DNA from: an uncultured Verrucomicrobiota bacterium
GTDB taxonomy: Bacteria; Verrucomicrobiota; Kiritimatiellia; PWTM01
Assembly (NCBI GenBank): GCA_964610105.1
Contig: CAZSUU010000006.1
Span: forward strand, 70,068 to 134,067
Direction of reading: 5' to 3'
Length of the DNA: 64,000 bases
Position 1 is the stretch's first letter; each line of letters starts with the position of its first letter. Shown piece after piece: positions 9,496 through 19,500 of the stretch. The position numbers were made by a program, and so were the translations under genes. Under the pieces are notes generated by a model. The model was not told the origin of the DNA. It made no database searches and worked only from the letters and a program-made list of their open reading frames with translations.

Positions 9496-10662
9496 ATGGC
9501 CTACAGGAGCAAGAGCGGTCATGATAGGCGCGAAAGGACTTGCCGCGTGAGCACCGGACCGGCCGACGTGTGTGTTCTCGAAGCCGCGCTCGCATTCGCG
9601 GGCCGGGTCGGCCCGTGGCGGCGGTGGCTGGGGGCCGCGGTGGCGCTCGCCGCGGCGGGGGAGGGGCTGGGGGCGGACCAGCCGGGCGTGGTGCGAACGG
9701 AGTTCATCTACGAGTCGGCGTCGTTTCCGAGCTGTCACGCCTCGACCCTGGCGGAGACGCGCGAACGGACCCTGACTGCGGCGTGGTTCGGCGGCACGGC
9801 GGAGGGCCATCCAGATGTCGGCATCTGGTTGTCGCGGCGCGAGGGGGAACGATGGACCGCGCCCGCCGAGGTGGCGAACGGCGTTCAGCCCGACGGCTCG
9901 CGGTTTCCGTGCTGGAATCCGGTCCTGTTCCAGCCCGCGAAGGGGCCCCTCATGCTTTTCTACAAGACCGGTCCCCATCCCCGCGCGTGGTGGGGCTCGC
10001 TGCGGACCTCCGACGACGGCGGAAAGACCTGGGGCGATGCGCGTCGTCTGCCGGACGGGCTCCTCGGCCCGATCAAGAACAAGCCGGTGTTATTGCCCAA
10101 TGGCGATATCCTCTGTTCGAGCAGCACGGAGCACGACGGATGGCGTGTGCATTTCGAGCGCAGCGCGGATGGCGGCCAGACATGGACCGCCAGCGCTCCG
10201 GTCAACGACGGCCGGACGATCGGCGCCATCCAGCCGAGCATCCTGTTCACCGGCGGCGACACCCTCCTCGCGCTCGGGCGGACGCAGCAGGGCCGGATAT
10301 TCCGGATCGCGTCCGGCGACGCCGGTCGCACGTGGGGCGGGATGGCGCTGACGGATCTGCCCAATCCCAATGCCGGCACGGACGCCGTGACGCTGAAGGA
10401 CGGGCGGCATGTGCTCGTCTACAACCACACCGCCCGGGGACGCACGCCGCTGAACGTCGCGGTCTCCGACGACGCCCGGACATGGAAGGCGGCTCTCGTT
10501 CTGGAGGATCAACCGGGCGAGTACAGCTATCCCGCGGTCCTTCAGACGCGCGACGGGCACATTCACATCACGTACACGTGGAAACGGCAGCGGATCCGGC
10601 ATGTCGTTCTCGACCCGGCCAAGCTGGAACCGGGGCCGCTTCCCGTCGAAACGAAGCCGTGA
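9496..10662 (+). CDS. BNR/Asp-box repeat glycosidase (sialidase-like, GH33-like beta-propeller)
   Basis: It carries multiple Asp-box motifs: SDDGGKTW, SADGGQTW, SGDAGRTW and SDDARTW. The exact start is uncertain. Confidence 0.75.
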   Translation: MAYRSKSGHDRRERTCRVSTGPADVCVLEAALAFAGRVGPWRRWLGAAVALAAAGEGLGADQPGVVRTEFIYESASFPSCHASTLAETRERTLTAAWFGGTAEGHPDVGIWLSRREGERWTAPAEVANGVQPDGSRFPCWNPVLFQPAKGPLMLFYKTGPHPRAWWGSLRTSDDGGKTWGDARRLPDGLLGPIKNKPVLLPNGDILCSSSTEHDGWRVHFERSADGGQTWTASAPVNDGRTIGAIQPSILFTGGDTLLALGRTQQGRIFRIASGDAGRTWGGMALTDLPNPNAGTDAVTLKDGRHVLVYNHTARGRTPLNVAVSDDARTWKAALVLEDQPGEYSYPAVLQTRDGHIHITYTWKRQRIRHVVLDPAKLEPGPLPVETKP

Positions 10663-10669
10663 GGAACGT

Positions 10670-11995
10670 ATGAAGAGCATGCGACAGACCGGCCGCCGCC
10701 TCAGCCGGCGGGCCTTCCTGGGGCGTGCCGCCGTGGCGGGCGGCGCCCTGGCGCTGCCCGGATTCATCCCGGCGCGCGCGCTCGGGCGGGGGGGCGCGGT
10801 CTCCCCGAGCGAACGGATCGTCCTGGGGTGCATCGGACTCGGCCCGCGCGGGCGATATGACCTGCAGTCCTTCCTCCCGGAGCCGGATGTGCAGGTCGTG
10901 GCGGTGTGCGACGTGCAGCGGGGCCGCCGAGAGCAGGCCCGGCAGATGGTCAATGCCCACTACGGCAACAACGACTGCGCGATGTGCGGCGACATGTTCG
11001 AGGTGCTGGACCGCCCGGAGGTCGATGCGGTGCTGATCGCCACGGGCGATCGCTGGCACGCGCTGGCTTCGATCCTCGCTGCGCGGGCGGGCAAGGACGT
11101 CTACAGCGAGAAACCCTGCGGGATGACCATCGGCGAGGTTCAGGCCATCGCGGCGGCCTTCCGCCGCTACGGCCGGATCTTCCAGGCCGGCACCCAGCGG
11201 CGGAGCCAGGAGAACTTCCAGTACGCGGCGCGGCTGGCCTGGAGCGGACGGCTGGGACGGCTGCACACCCTGCATGCGTCGGTCTACGTGCCCCGCGAGA
11301 TCCACGAATGGCTCCCGGCCGAGCCCGAACCGCCGAAGGACGAGTGCGACTGGGACCGGTGGCTGGGGCCGTCGCCCTGGCGGCCGTACAATCATCAGTA
11401 CGTCGCCGGACGGTGGCGCGGACAGCATGACTTCGAGGCCGGAGGCAATTTCCTCGATTGGGGCGCGCACACGGTGGACCTCTGCCAGTGGGCCCACCGG
11501 TCGGACGACACGCTGCCGGTGGAATACGAGCCGACGCCGCAGGCGATCGTCGCCCGCTACGCCAACGGCGTGAAGCTGGTCTGCGACTACCTGCCCGACG
11601 CCTTCGGCAACCGCGCGCCGCAGTACCGGACCTCGACCGGGACGTGTCCGGTCCGCTATGAGGGCGACGAGGGCTGGGTCGAGACCGGCGACAACGGGGA
11701 GATCGCGCTGTCGGACCATCTCCAGAAGCTGCGCGGCCGGCTCTTCCCCCGGACGGAGACCAGCGCGGCCAGTCACGGGCGCAACTTCTTCGATTGCGTG
11801 AAGTCCCGCGCGCAGCCGGCGTGCCCCCCGGAGATCATGCGCCGTTCCCATGTCGCCTGTTTCGCGGCCGCCCTCGCCTGGAAACTGGGGCGGAGACTGA
11901 AGCTGGATCCCGTTCGGGAGGAGTTCATCGATGATGACGAAGCCAACCGCATGCGTGGTCGGGCCACGCGGGAGCCGTGGACGTTCAATATCTGA
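10670..11995 (+). CDS. Gfo/Idh/MocA-family oxidoreductase with a twin-arginine (TAT) signal (putative glycoside 3-dehydrogenase)
   Basis: The TAT signal is MKSMRQTGRRLSRRAFLGRAAVAGGALALPGF. The Rossmann-fold GxGxxG is CIGLGPRG. A GAGGA ribosome-binding site precedes the ATG at 10670. Confidence 0.85.
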   Translation: MKSMRQTGRRLSRRAFLGRAAVAGGALALPGFIPARALGRGGAVSPSERIVLGCIGLGPRGRYDLQSFLPEPDVQVVAVCDVQRGRREQARQMVNAHYGNNDCAMCGDMFEVLDRPEVDAVLIATGDRWHALASILAARAGKDVYSEKPCGMTIGEVQAIAAAFRRYGRIFQAGTQRRSQENFQYAARLAWSGRLGRLHTLHASVYVPREIHEWLPAEPEPPKDECDWDRWLGPSPWRPYNHQYVAGRWRGQHDFEAGGNFLDWGAHTVDLCQWAHRSDDTLPVEYEPTPQAIVARYANGVKLVCDYLPDAFGNRAPQYRTSTGTCPVRYEGDEGWVETGDNGEIALSDHLQKLRGRLFPRTETSAASHGRNFFDCVKSRAQPACPPEIMRRSHVACFAAALAWKLGRRLKLDPVREEFIDDDEANRMRGRATREPWTFNI

Positions 11996-12671
11996 GCGGC
12001 GGACCGCCATCGCGCGGGCCGCGCTGCTGACGGGGCTGCTTCCGTGGGCGTGGGCCCCGATGGCGTTCTGCGCCGGGGCGCCGGCCGAGTGGGGTCCGGC
12101 GGCGCCCCCCGTCCGACGTGCCCTCTTCGACGGCCGGACGCTCGCGGGCTGGGAGGGGAACACGAACGTGTGGCGTGTGCGCGAGGGCGTTCTCGTGGGC
12201 GGCTCGATGAACGGGAATCCGCGCAACGAGTTCCTCGCGACCGTGCGGGGCTGCAGCAACTTCGTTCTCACCCTGGAGTATAAGCTCGCGGGAACCGAGG
12301 GTTTCGTGAACGGCGGGGTGCAGTTCCGCAGCCGGCGGGTGGCGCAGCCGTCCAACGAAATGTGCGGCTACCAGGCCGACATCGGCGCCGGCCATTCCGG
12401 ATGCCTGTACGACGAGTCGCGGCGCAACGAGTTCCTGGCCCGGGGGGCGGACGATCAGCGGCAGCGGGTCGAGAAAGCCGGGGAATGGAATCGACTCGAG
12501 GTGCGGGCCGAGGGACCGCGCGTCCGGATCCGGCTCAACGGCGAGGAGACCGTCGACTACACCGAGAGCGATGCGGCCGTCCCGCGGGATGGCCTGATCG
12601 CCCTGCAAATCCACGGCAACTGCAAGGCGGAGATCTCGTTCCGGAACGTCGTGCTTGAGGAACTGCCTTGA
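11931..12671 (+). CDS. DUF1080 (3-keto-disaccharide hydrolase-like) domain protein; start uncertain
   Basis: The domain begins LFDGRTLAGWEGNTNVWRVREGVLVGG and ends LQIHGNCKAEISFRNVVLEE. The in-frame upstream stretch SERRTAIARAALLTGLLPWAWAPMAFCAGA looks like a TAT signal. That start implies a 65-nt overlap with the upstream gene, and the alternative ATG at 12060 would lack a signal peptide. Confidence 0.65.
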   Translation: MMTKPTACVVGPRGSRGRSISERRTAIARAALLTGLLPWAWAPMAFCAGAPAEWGPAAPPVRRALFDGRTLAGWEGNTNVWRVREGVLVGGSMNGNPRNEFLATVRGCSNFVLTLEYKLAGTEGFVNGGVQFRSRRVAQPSNEMCGYQADIGAGHSGCLYDESRRNEFLARGADDQRQRVEKAGEWNRLEVRAEGPRVRIRLNGEETVDYTESDAAVPRDGLIALQIHGNCKAEISFRNVVLEELP

Positions 12672-14434
12672 AACCGACGGTTCTTCTCGTCGCTTCCTGC
12701 CCGCTCCTCCTCCCGCCCGGCGCGCCGCATGCCGCGGATGCGGCGCCGGGGCTCGAACGGGCCGAGCGGTCGCCGCTGACCACGTTCTTCATCGCTCCCA
12801 CGCGGGTCGTCTGGCAGAGCGGGGAGGGGGTGCGGAACGCGGGCTCGTTCCTCGAGCCCCATGCCGGGCAGGCCGTGCTGAAGGAACCGCGGCCGCCGTG
12901 CGTGCTCAGCGCCGCGTCGAACGCGCCGGCCGGCGTCGTGCTGGACTTCGGCCGGGAGCTGCACGGCTACGTCGAGCTGATCACGCCCATGACGAAGGAG
13001 CAGGGCCGGCTGCGCCATGTGCGCGTGCGGTTCGGGGAGTCCGTCTCCGAGGCCATGGCGGAGCCCGGCGGCGACCGCAACGCGCAGAACGATCATGCCA
13101 TCCGCGACCAGGTCGTGACGCTGCCCTGGCTCGGCAAGAAGATGGTCGGTCCGAGCGGGTTCCGCTTCGTGCGCCTCGACAACGCCGATCCGCAGGGGCC
13201 GGTGGAGCTGAGCCAGGTACGGGCGGTGCTGCAGATCCGCGATGTCCCGCAGGTCGGTTCGTTCCGGTGCGACGACGAACGGCTCAACCGCATCTGGCAG
13301 ACCGGCGCCTACACGGTCCACCTCAACATGCAGGAATACCTCTGGGACGGGATCAAGCGCGACCGGCTGGTGTGGATCGGCGACATGCATCCCGAGGTCA
13401 GCACCATCCACGCCGTGTTCGGCTTCAACGAGGTCGTGCCACGTTCGCTGGACCTCACGCGCGACGTCACCCCCGTGACGGAGTGGATGAACGGCATCTC
13501 CAGCTACTCCATGTGGTGGGTGCTCATCCACGAAGACCTCTGGATGCACCAGGGCGACCGGGCTTATCTCGATGCGCAGAGGGGCTATCTCGCCGCCCTG
13601 CTCGCGCGCCTCGCCAGCCTGGTGGGGCCCGACGGCCGGGAGCGCATCGACGGCATGCGCTTCCTCGACTGGCCCAGCTCGCCCAACACGCAGGGGGTCT
13701 CCGCGGGCCTGCAGGGCCTGCTGGTGATGACCCTCGAGAGCGGCGCGCGCCTGATGACCGTGTTCGGGGACACCGGCGCCGCCGCCCGGTGCGCCGAGGC
13801 GGCGGCGCGGGGCCGCAAGGCCGTGCCCGACGTGAATGGGTCCAAGTCCGGCGCGGCCCTGCTTGCGCTGGCCGGCATGATGGACGCGAAGGAGACGGCG
13901 GAGACCGTGCTGAAGGCCGGCGGACCGAAGGATATCTCGACATTCTACGGCTTCTACGTCCTGCAGGCGCTGGCGAAGTCCGGCGACGCCGAGACGGCGC
14001 TGGATTTCATCCGTACCTACTGGGGCGCCATGCTCGACCTGGGCGCGACCACGTTCTGGGAGGATTTCAACCTCGAATGGGTGCCCGGCGCGGCGCGGAT
14101 CGACGAGCAGGTGCCGGCCGGCCGGAAGGACATCCACGGCGATTTCGGCGCCTACTGTTACAAGGGCTTCCGACACAGCCTCTGCCACGGGTGGGCGAGC
14201 GGACCGACGGCGTGGCTGAGTCAGAACGTTCTCGGCGTGAAACCGCTTGAGCCCGGATTCGAACGCGCCCGCGTCGCGCCGCAGCTCGGCCATCTGAAAT
14301 GGGCGGAAGGCGCCTATCCCACGCCGCACGGTCCCATCCGTGTCCGGCACGACCGGAGGGCCGACGGCGCCATTGACTCCCGGATCGACGCGCCGCCCCA
14401 GATCACGATCGAAGGCCCGCGTCAGCGTCAGTGA
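12668..14434 (+). CDS. Six-hairpin glycoside hydrolase, alpha-L-rhamnosidase-like (GH78-related)
   Basis: A TTG start overlaps the previous stop. A signal peptide follows (KPTVLLVASCPLLLPPGAPHA). The C-terminal catalytic-domain motif is FRHSLCHGWASGPTAWLSQNVLGVKP. Confidence 0.6.
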   Translation: MKPTVLLVASCPLLLPPGAPHAADAAPGLERAERSPLTTFFIAPTRVVWQSGEGVRNAGSFLEPHAGQAVLKEPRPPCVLSAASNAPAGVVLDFGRELHGYVELITPMTKEQGRLRHVRVRFGESVSEAMAEPGGDRNAQNDHAIRDQVVTLPWLGKKMVGPSGFRFVRLDNADPQGPVELSQVRAVLQIRDVPQVGSFRCDDERLNRIWQTGAYTVHLNMQEYLWDGIKRDRLVWIGDMHPEVSTIHAVFGFNEVVPRSLDLTRDVTPVTEWMNGISSYSMWWVLIHEDLWMHQGDRAYLDAQRGYLAALLARLASLVGPDGRERIDGMRFLDWPSSPNTQGVSAGLQGLLVMTLESGARLMTVFGDTGAAARCAEAAARGRKAVPDVNGSKSGAALLALAGMMDAKETAETVLKAGGPKDISTFYGFYVLQALAKSGDAETALDFIRTYWGAMLDLGATTFWEDFNLEWVPGAARIDEQVPAGRKDIHGDFGAYCYKGFRHSLCHGWASGPTAWLSQNVLGVKPLEPGFERARVAPQLGHLKWAEGAYPTPHGPIRVRHDRRADGAIDSRIDAPPQITIEGPRQRQ

Positions 14435-14704
14435 TCATGTGACATGCCTCGCCGAGTCCGCCGAATGCACCCGGGGTCGGCCACGCGCCGTTCAGCGCCT
14501 CCCTCCCGCTCGTCCCCTCGCTCCTCGCGGTCGGTGCATTTTCCGCCCTCGCATGCCGCGTCGCCCTCATGGCGCCCATGGCGGCATGGGGACGCGATGG
14601 GAGCGGCCTGCAGCCAGATCGGAGTTGCCTGTCCTGCCGCGTTTCGCCACACTGGCGTGGTGTTGTCGATGAGGAGTCGAACGGAACCAACGGGAGAAGA
14701 GCGC

Positions 14705-15388
14705 ATGAACCACGAAATGGGGCGTAGGGGTTTCCTTGGCGTGGCCGCCGGGACCGTGCTGGCGGCGAAAAACGCGGGGGCGGCGGACGCTACCGGTCCG
14801 GCGGCAGGAACGAAAGCCAGAGTCATCGCGATTTCGTGCAGTCCGCGGAAAGGCAAGACCACCGCGGCGGCGCTGCAGGTCTGTCTCGATGCAATCCGGG
14901 CCGCGAATCCGCAGATCGAAACCGAGCTCGTCGACCTCGCCGGCCTCAGCATACCGGTCTTCAACCCGGCGAGCCCCGGCGGGGGCGATTTCGCGGGCCT
15001 GGCGGCCAAGATCACCGCGCCCGGCGTGAAAGCGCTGGTGATCGGGACGCCGGTCTACTTCGGCAACATGTCCTCCCTCTGCAAGACGCTGCTCGATCAC
15101 TGGATCGTCTTTCGGAAGAACAACTTTGCCTTGCGAAACAGGATCGCGGGCGTCGTCGCGGTGGGAGGCGTCCGCAACGGCGGCCAGGAACTGACGGTGG
15201 CGAGCGTCCATGCCGCGCTGCTGGCCCAGGACATGATCGTCGTGGGCGACGGCAGGCCCACGGCGCACCTCGGGGCCACGGTCCTCAACGATGGCAAAGA
15301 CAGCATCGCCGGTGACGAGTTCGGATTGTCGACCCTGAAGAACCTCGGCGCGCGGATCGCCGAGGTCATCGCGATGAGACCGTCGTAA
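14705..15388 (+). CDS. Flavodoxin-like NAD(P)H-dependent FMN reductase family protein with a TAT signal
   Basis: The TAT signal is MNHEMGRRGFLGVAAGTVLAAKNAGAADA. The flavodoxin-like fold includes AISCSPRKGKTTAAL and VIGTPVYFGNMSS. Confidence 0.7.
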   Translation: MNHEMGRRGFLGVAAGTVLAAKNAGAADATGPAAGTKARVIAISCSPRKGKTTAAALQVCLDAIRAANPQIETELVDLAGLSIPVFNPASPGGGDFAGLAAKITAPGVKALVIGTPVYFGNMSSLCKTLLDHWIVFRKNNFALRNRIAGVVAVGGVRNGGQELTVASVHAALLAQDMIVVGDGRPTAHLGATVLNDGKDSIAGDEFGLSTLKNLGARIAEVIAMRPS

Positions 15389-15509
15389 AGCAGACCCGCG
15401 CCCGCCATCCCATTCCAGGTGAACAGAAGGCAACGAAGAGGGTCCACGACCTGCGAGCGCGCAGCGCGAGAGATCGGCGGCGCCAGGGGAAAACGGCTCC
15501 ATCCGGCGC

Positions 15510-16442
15510 TCAGTCCTTGATCGGCGCCGGGGCGGGGAGGGGGACGCCGCGCGTCGCGCGGCCGCTGAGGCGACCCCGCGCGTCGAACTCCAGCCGGTCG
15601 AGGCAGACGAACCGCGGCCAGCCGCGATCGTCGGCGATCTTCTGGTGATACACGAACCACAGGGCGCCAGCGCCGTCGGTGACGGCGCACCCGTGCCCGG
15701 GGCCGAAGACCGTGTTGGAGCGGTGGAGGATCGGATTGCCCTCGAACTTCCGAAACGGTCCGAGCGGACCCGCGGCGGTCGCGTAACCGATGCCGTAGTT
15801 GGGCGAATCGGCGCCGGTGCCCGAGTAGAGCAGGTAGTAGACGCCCTTGTGTTTGACCATCCACGGGCCCTCGGTCACTTCGCCGCTCTTCTTCTCCCAG
15901 GGTTCGGTGGGCTCGAGCACCTTCGCGGGCTCGCCGGCCGGCGTGAGCGGATCCTTCATCCGCTGGGCCATGATCCGGAACGGGCCGAGCCGGACGAAGT
16001 AGAGGTAGAGCCGCCGGTCGTCATCGCGGAACAGGTGGGCGTCGATCGAACCCCTGTGCAGAACGCCGCGGTCGACGAACGGTCCCTCCGGCTTGTCCGC
16101 CACCGCCACGCCGACCTGCTCCCGGACCGTGTAATAGAGGTAGAACTTCCGGTCCTCCGGGTGAAAGTACACATCCGGCGCCCATACGCCCCTGGAGCCG
16201 GGGCGGAAGACCTCCGGCCCCCGCGCCCAGTGGACCAGATCGGTGGAGGTCCAGGCGAAGTAGGCGCGGTCCGGCGACTCAGTGGCGTAGAGGTAATAGC
16301 GTCCGCCGTGGCGCACGAGGGTCGGGTCCGCGAGCTGCGGGGACGCGATCACGGGATTGGTGTAACGGCTCGGCTCGGCGCCGTGCGACGCGAAGAGCGC
16401 GCACAGCCCGGCGGTCCAGAGTGCACATGGTCGATGCTTCAT
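15510..16442 (-). CDS. Glycoside hydrolase family 43 (beta-xylosidase/arabinanase-like 5-bladed beta-propeller)
   Basis: GH43 motifs are present: LADPTLVRHGGRYYLYATE, WAPDVYF, GVYYLLYS and DGAGALWFVYHQ. The signal peptide is MKHRPCALWTAGLCALFASHGA. Confidence 0.85.
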   Translation of the reverse strand: MKHRPCALWTAGLCALFASHGAEPSRYTNPVIASPQLADPTLVRHGGRYYLYATESPDRAYFAWTSTDLVHWARGPEVFRPGSRGVWAPDVYFHPEDRKFYLYYTVREQVGVAVADKPEGPFVDRGVLHRGSIDAHLFRDDDRRLYLYFVRLGPFRIMAQRMKDPLTPAGEPAKVLEPTEPWEKKSGEVTEGPWMVKHKGVYYLLYSGTGADSPNYGIGYATAAGPLGPFRKFEGNPILHRSNTVFGPGHGCAVTDGAGALWFVYHQKIADDRGWPRFVCLDRLEFDARGRLSGRATRGVPLPAPAPIKD

Positions 16443-16524
16443 TCGGTGTCTCCAGATGGCGGAGGCAACATACCGGGCGCGCCGCGCTTTTCCAAGTCCC
16501 GCGGTGCGGATCGCGAAACGGGCT

Positions 16525-19500
16525 TCACAGCCGCGGACCGAGCAGGCGCGTGTGCAGCAGAAGCCCACCGGCTTCTTCTTCCTCTTCCTCGCGGCCGGGT
16601 TCCGCCAGGACGGCCCAGCCGGGATAGGGCACGGAGGAGCCCCGCGCGGCGCGCCAGAGGATCCCGTTGAAGACGTCCTCCGGGCACGCGTCCACCCGCG
16701 CCAGCGGCAGGCGCTCTGACCGCCGCGCGTCGCGCCGGAGCACCGGATCGCGAATGGAGGACACGGCGGGATTGAGCGAATCGAGCGCGACGCGGTTCGG
16801 CACCGACTCGAACGGCCGCAGGTCGGGCGTGTCCTGGAAGCAGGCGGTCATGGGGGGCGCGATGGCGTCGAGCTGGTTCATGGGCGGGAGGCCGAGGATG
16901 AGCTCGATCGTGCGCAGGACGGAGTTCTGACTGTAGAACTCGCTCACCACGGCGCCGCGGCGGACATGGGCCCCGGCGAGATAGGCCGTGGTGCGGTACG
17001 GGCTCACATGGTCCCACCCGTTCTGCGGATCGTCCTCGATGAGGAACAGGACGGTATCCTTCCAGAAGCGCGAACGCGACACCGCCTCGACGAGGCGTCC
17101 GACGGCGAGATCGTTGTCCGCCACCGTGGCCTCCGGCGTCGGGATGCCCGGCTTCGTCCCCGCCGTGTGGTCCATCGGCAGCACCATGATCACCAAGTCG
17201 GGCATCGCGCCCTCCCGCTCCCAGACGCGGAACTCGTCGAGGAATCGCTCCACCCGCACAACGTCGGGCACCCCGAGCTCCCATCCGACCGTATGGGTGC
17301 AGGAATGCCCGCGGAGGCTCGGCACGCCCGCCTCGACGCGCAGCTCGACAAGACCGGTGCGGTTGGACCAGTCGGCGACGAGGTCGCTCCAACGCGGCCT
17401 GCCCCTGCGCCCGTCGCGCCACCGGACCTCGCTCGGCCCGGAGCTCTCGCCGAAGTTCCGGACCGTGCGTCCCGCCCGGAACGCCGCATCCCAGAGGAAT
17501 CCCGCCGGGGAATACGCCAGCGCGTCGTGCTCCTCCGGGCCGCAGAGATCGGGGTAGCTCCGCGGGAAACCGGCAAACTGCTTTTCGAGGTAGTCGGTCA
17601 CCAGGCCGGTCGTGCACCACTGGTGGCCGTCGGCGCTCAGCACGCCGCAGCAATGGGTGTTGTCGAGCAGCACGAACTCGCGCACGAGCTTGTGCTGGTT
17701 GGGGGTGACGCGCTCGCCGTAGATGCAGAGCGAAGGATCGCCGTCGCCCGCCTCCACGTCGCCGAGCACCTGGTCATAGGTGCGGTTCTCCTTGATCGCG
17801 TAGATCACGTGCCTGATGGGGGAGGGCTCGCCCGGCCGCTCGGGCACCGCGCGCGGCGGCTGGCCGGACCGGGCCGGAAGGGACGCCGCCTCGAGCACCT
17901 CCCGGCGGCCGTTGGCGAGGGCCGTCCGCGTGTGCGCCGCCAGCTCGGCGGCGGAGGGCAGCGGCACCAGCGACAGCGAGCCGCAGTGTTCGTGCGAATT
18001 GAACTTCTCCTTCCCGTCCAGGATCGCCTGCCCGGAGGAACCGATGCCCTTGACGTTCGCCACCGCGAGCACCGGCCGATCGGGCGCAAGGGCCACCGCG
18101 CCCGGGAACCACCCCACCGGCACCAGGCCGGCCAGCCGCGAGCCGCCGGGACGGACCTCGATCACGGCCACCGCGTTCTGCGTGCCGTTCGCGACGTAGA
18201 GCGTCCGCCCGTCGGGCGCGAACGCCAGCGCGTTCGGCGAGGCGCCGAACGCGGGCGACGGCAGCCCGTTCGCCGAGAAGGTTTCCACCACCCGGCGGGC
18301 TTCCGGGTCGAGGAGCGAGACCGTGTCGCTGTTCGCATTTGCCACCGCCAGCCGGCGCCCGTCGGGGCTGAGCGCCAGGCCCGCGGCGTGGCGGCCCGTG
18401 AGGATCTCCGCCTCGACGGCGCCGCGCGCGAGGTCGATGACGCACACCGATCCCTCGGCGGCGACATGCGTGAGCGGGTCCACGCGCACAACCGTCCCGC
18501 GCCCCGCCGGACCGGTCAGGTCGCCGGCGCCCGGCCGCCGCCCGCCCTGGCAGGAAACGTAGAGCTTGCCGCTGCCCAGCGCGACGTCGAACGGCGCCAC
18601 GCCCGTGTCCCACGCGCGCAGCACCGCCCCGGACTGCGCGTCGATCTCCGCCGCCTGGTTTCCGAGGTTCAGGGCGACGTACAGGCGGCGCCCGTCCGGG
18701 CTCACCGCGAGCCCGGCCGGGATCTCTTCGGCGCGCTTGAGCCCGCTCCGCTTCGGCAGCGGGATGGAGAACAGCGGCCGGACGTCCTCCGGCTTCGGCC
18801 CGGCGGCGAAGACCTTGAGATCGCCGTCGACGTTCGACAGGTAGATCCGGTCGCCCGCGGGCGAGAACACCAGGCCGGTGAAACTGATCTCGGCGCCCTT
18901 GTCCGACGCCAGGATGTGGTCGGCCGGCCGGGGCGGGGCGGTGGTCCGCTCCGACGGCATCGCGACCGTGCGCAGCACGGCGCCGGACGCCGGGTCGACG
19001 AGGATCAGCTCCGGCTTGCGGCCGGAGGTGACGAGGTACGCGCCGCCGGGGGCGAAGGCCACGGCGAGCGGGCGCACCCCGGGCAGCACGACCTGGCGGC
19101 CGGCCGGCGAGAGGATCTGGTGGACCGGCAGGCGGACGCGGCCGTCGGGCGCGGGCCGGGCGCCGGCGACACCGGGCGCCGCGGGCACGGAGGCCGCGGC
19201 CATCCGCGGCGCGGCGGCCACCGCGTCCCGCCAGGGCGCGTACAGGGCGGCGATCTCCTCTTCGCCCGCCGCGGCGCCGTAGACGGCGGCGAACGCCACG
19301 CGGCCGGCCAGCGGGTGGCATTCGTCGTCATCGCGATAGGCGCCGAGCGTGAAGACGGCGTGGTCGGGATAGAGCACCGGTCCGTGCTGCTCCGAGGACT
19401 CGGCCTCGAGACGGCCGTTGACGTACAGCGCCATCCGCCGGCCGTCGTAGGTCGCCGCCACATGGTGGAAGCGGCCTCTCTCCCAGGCGGTCCGCCCCGC

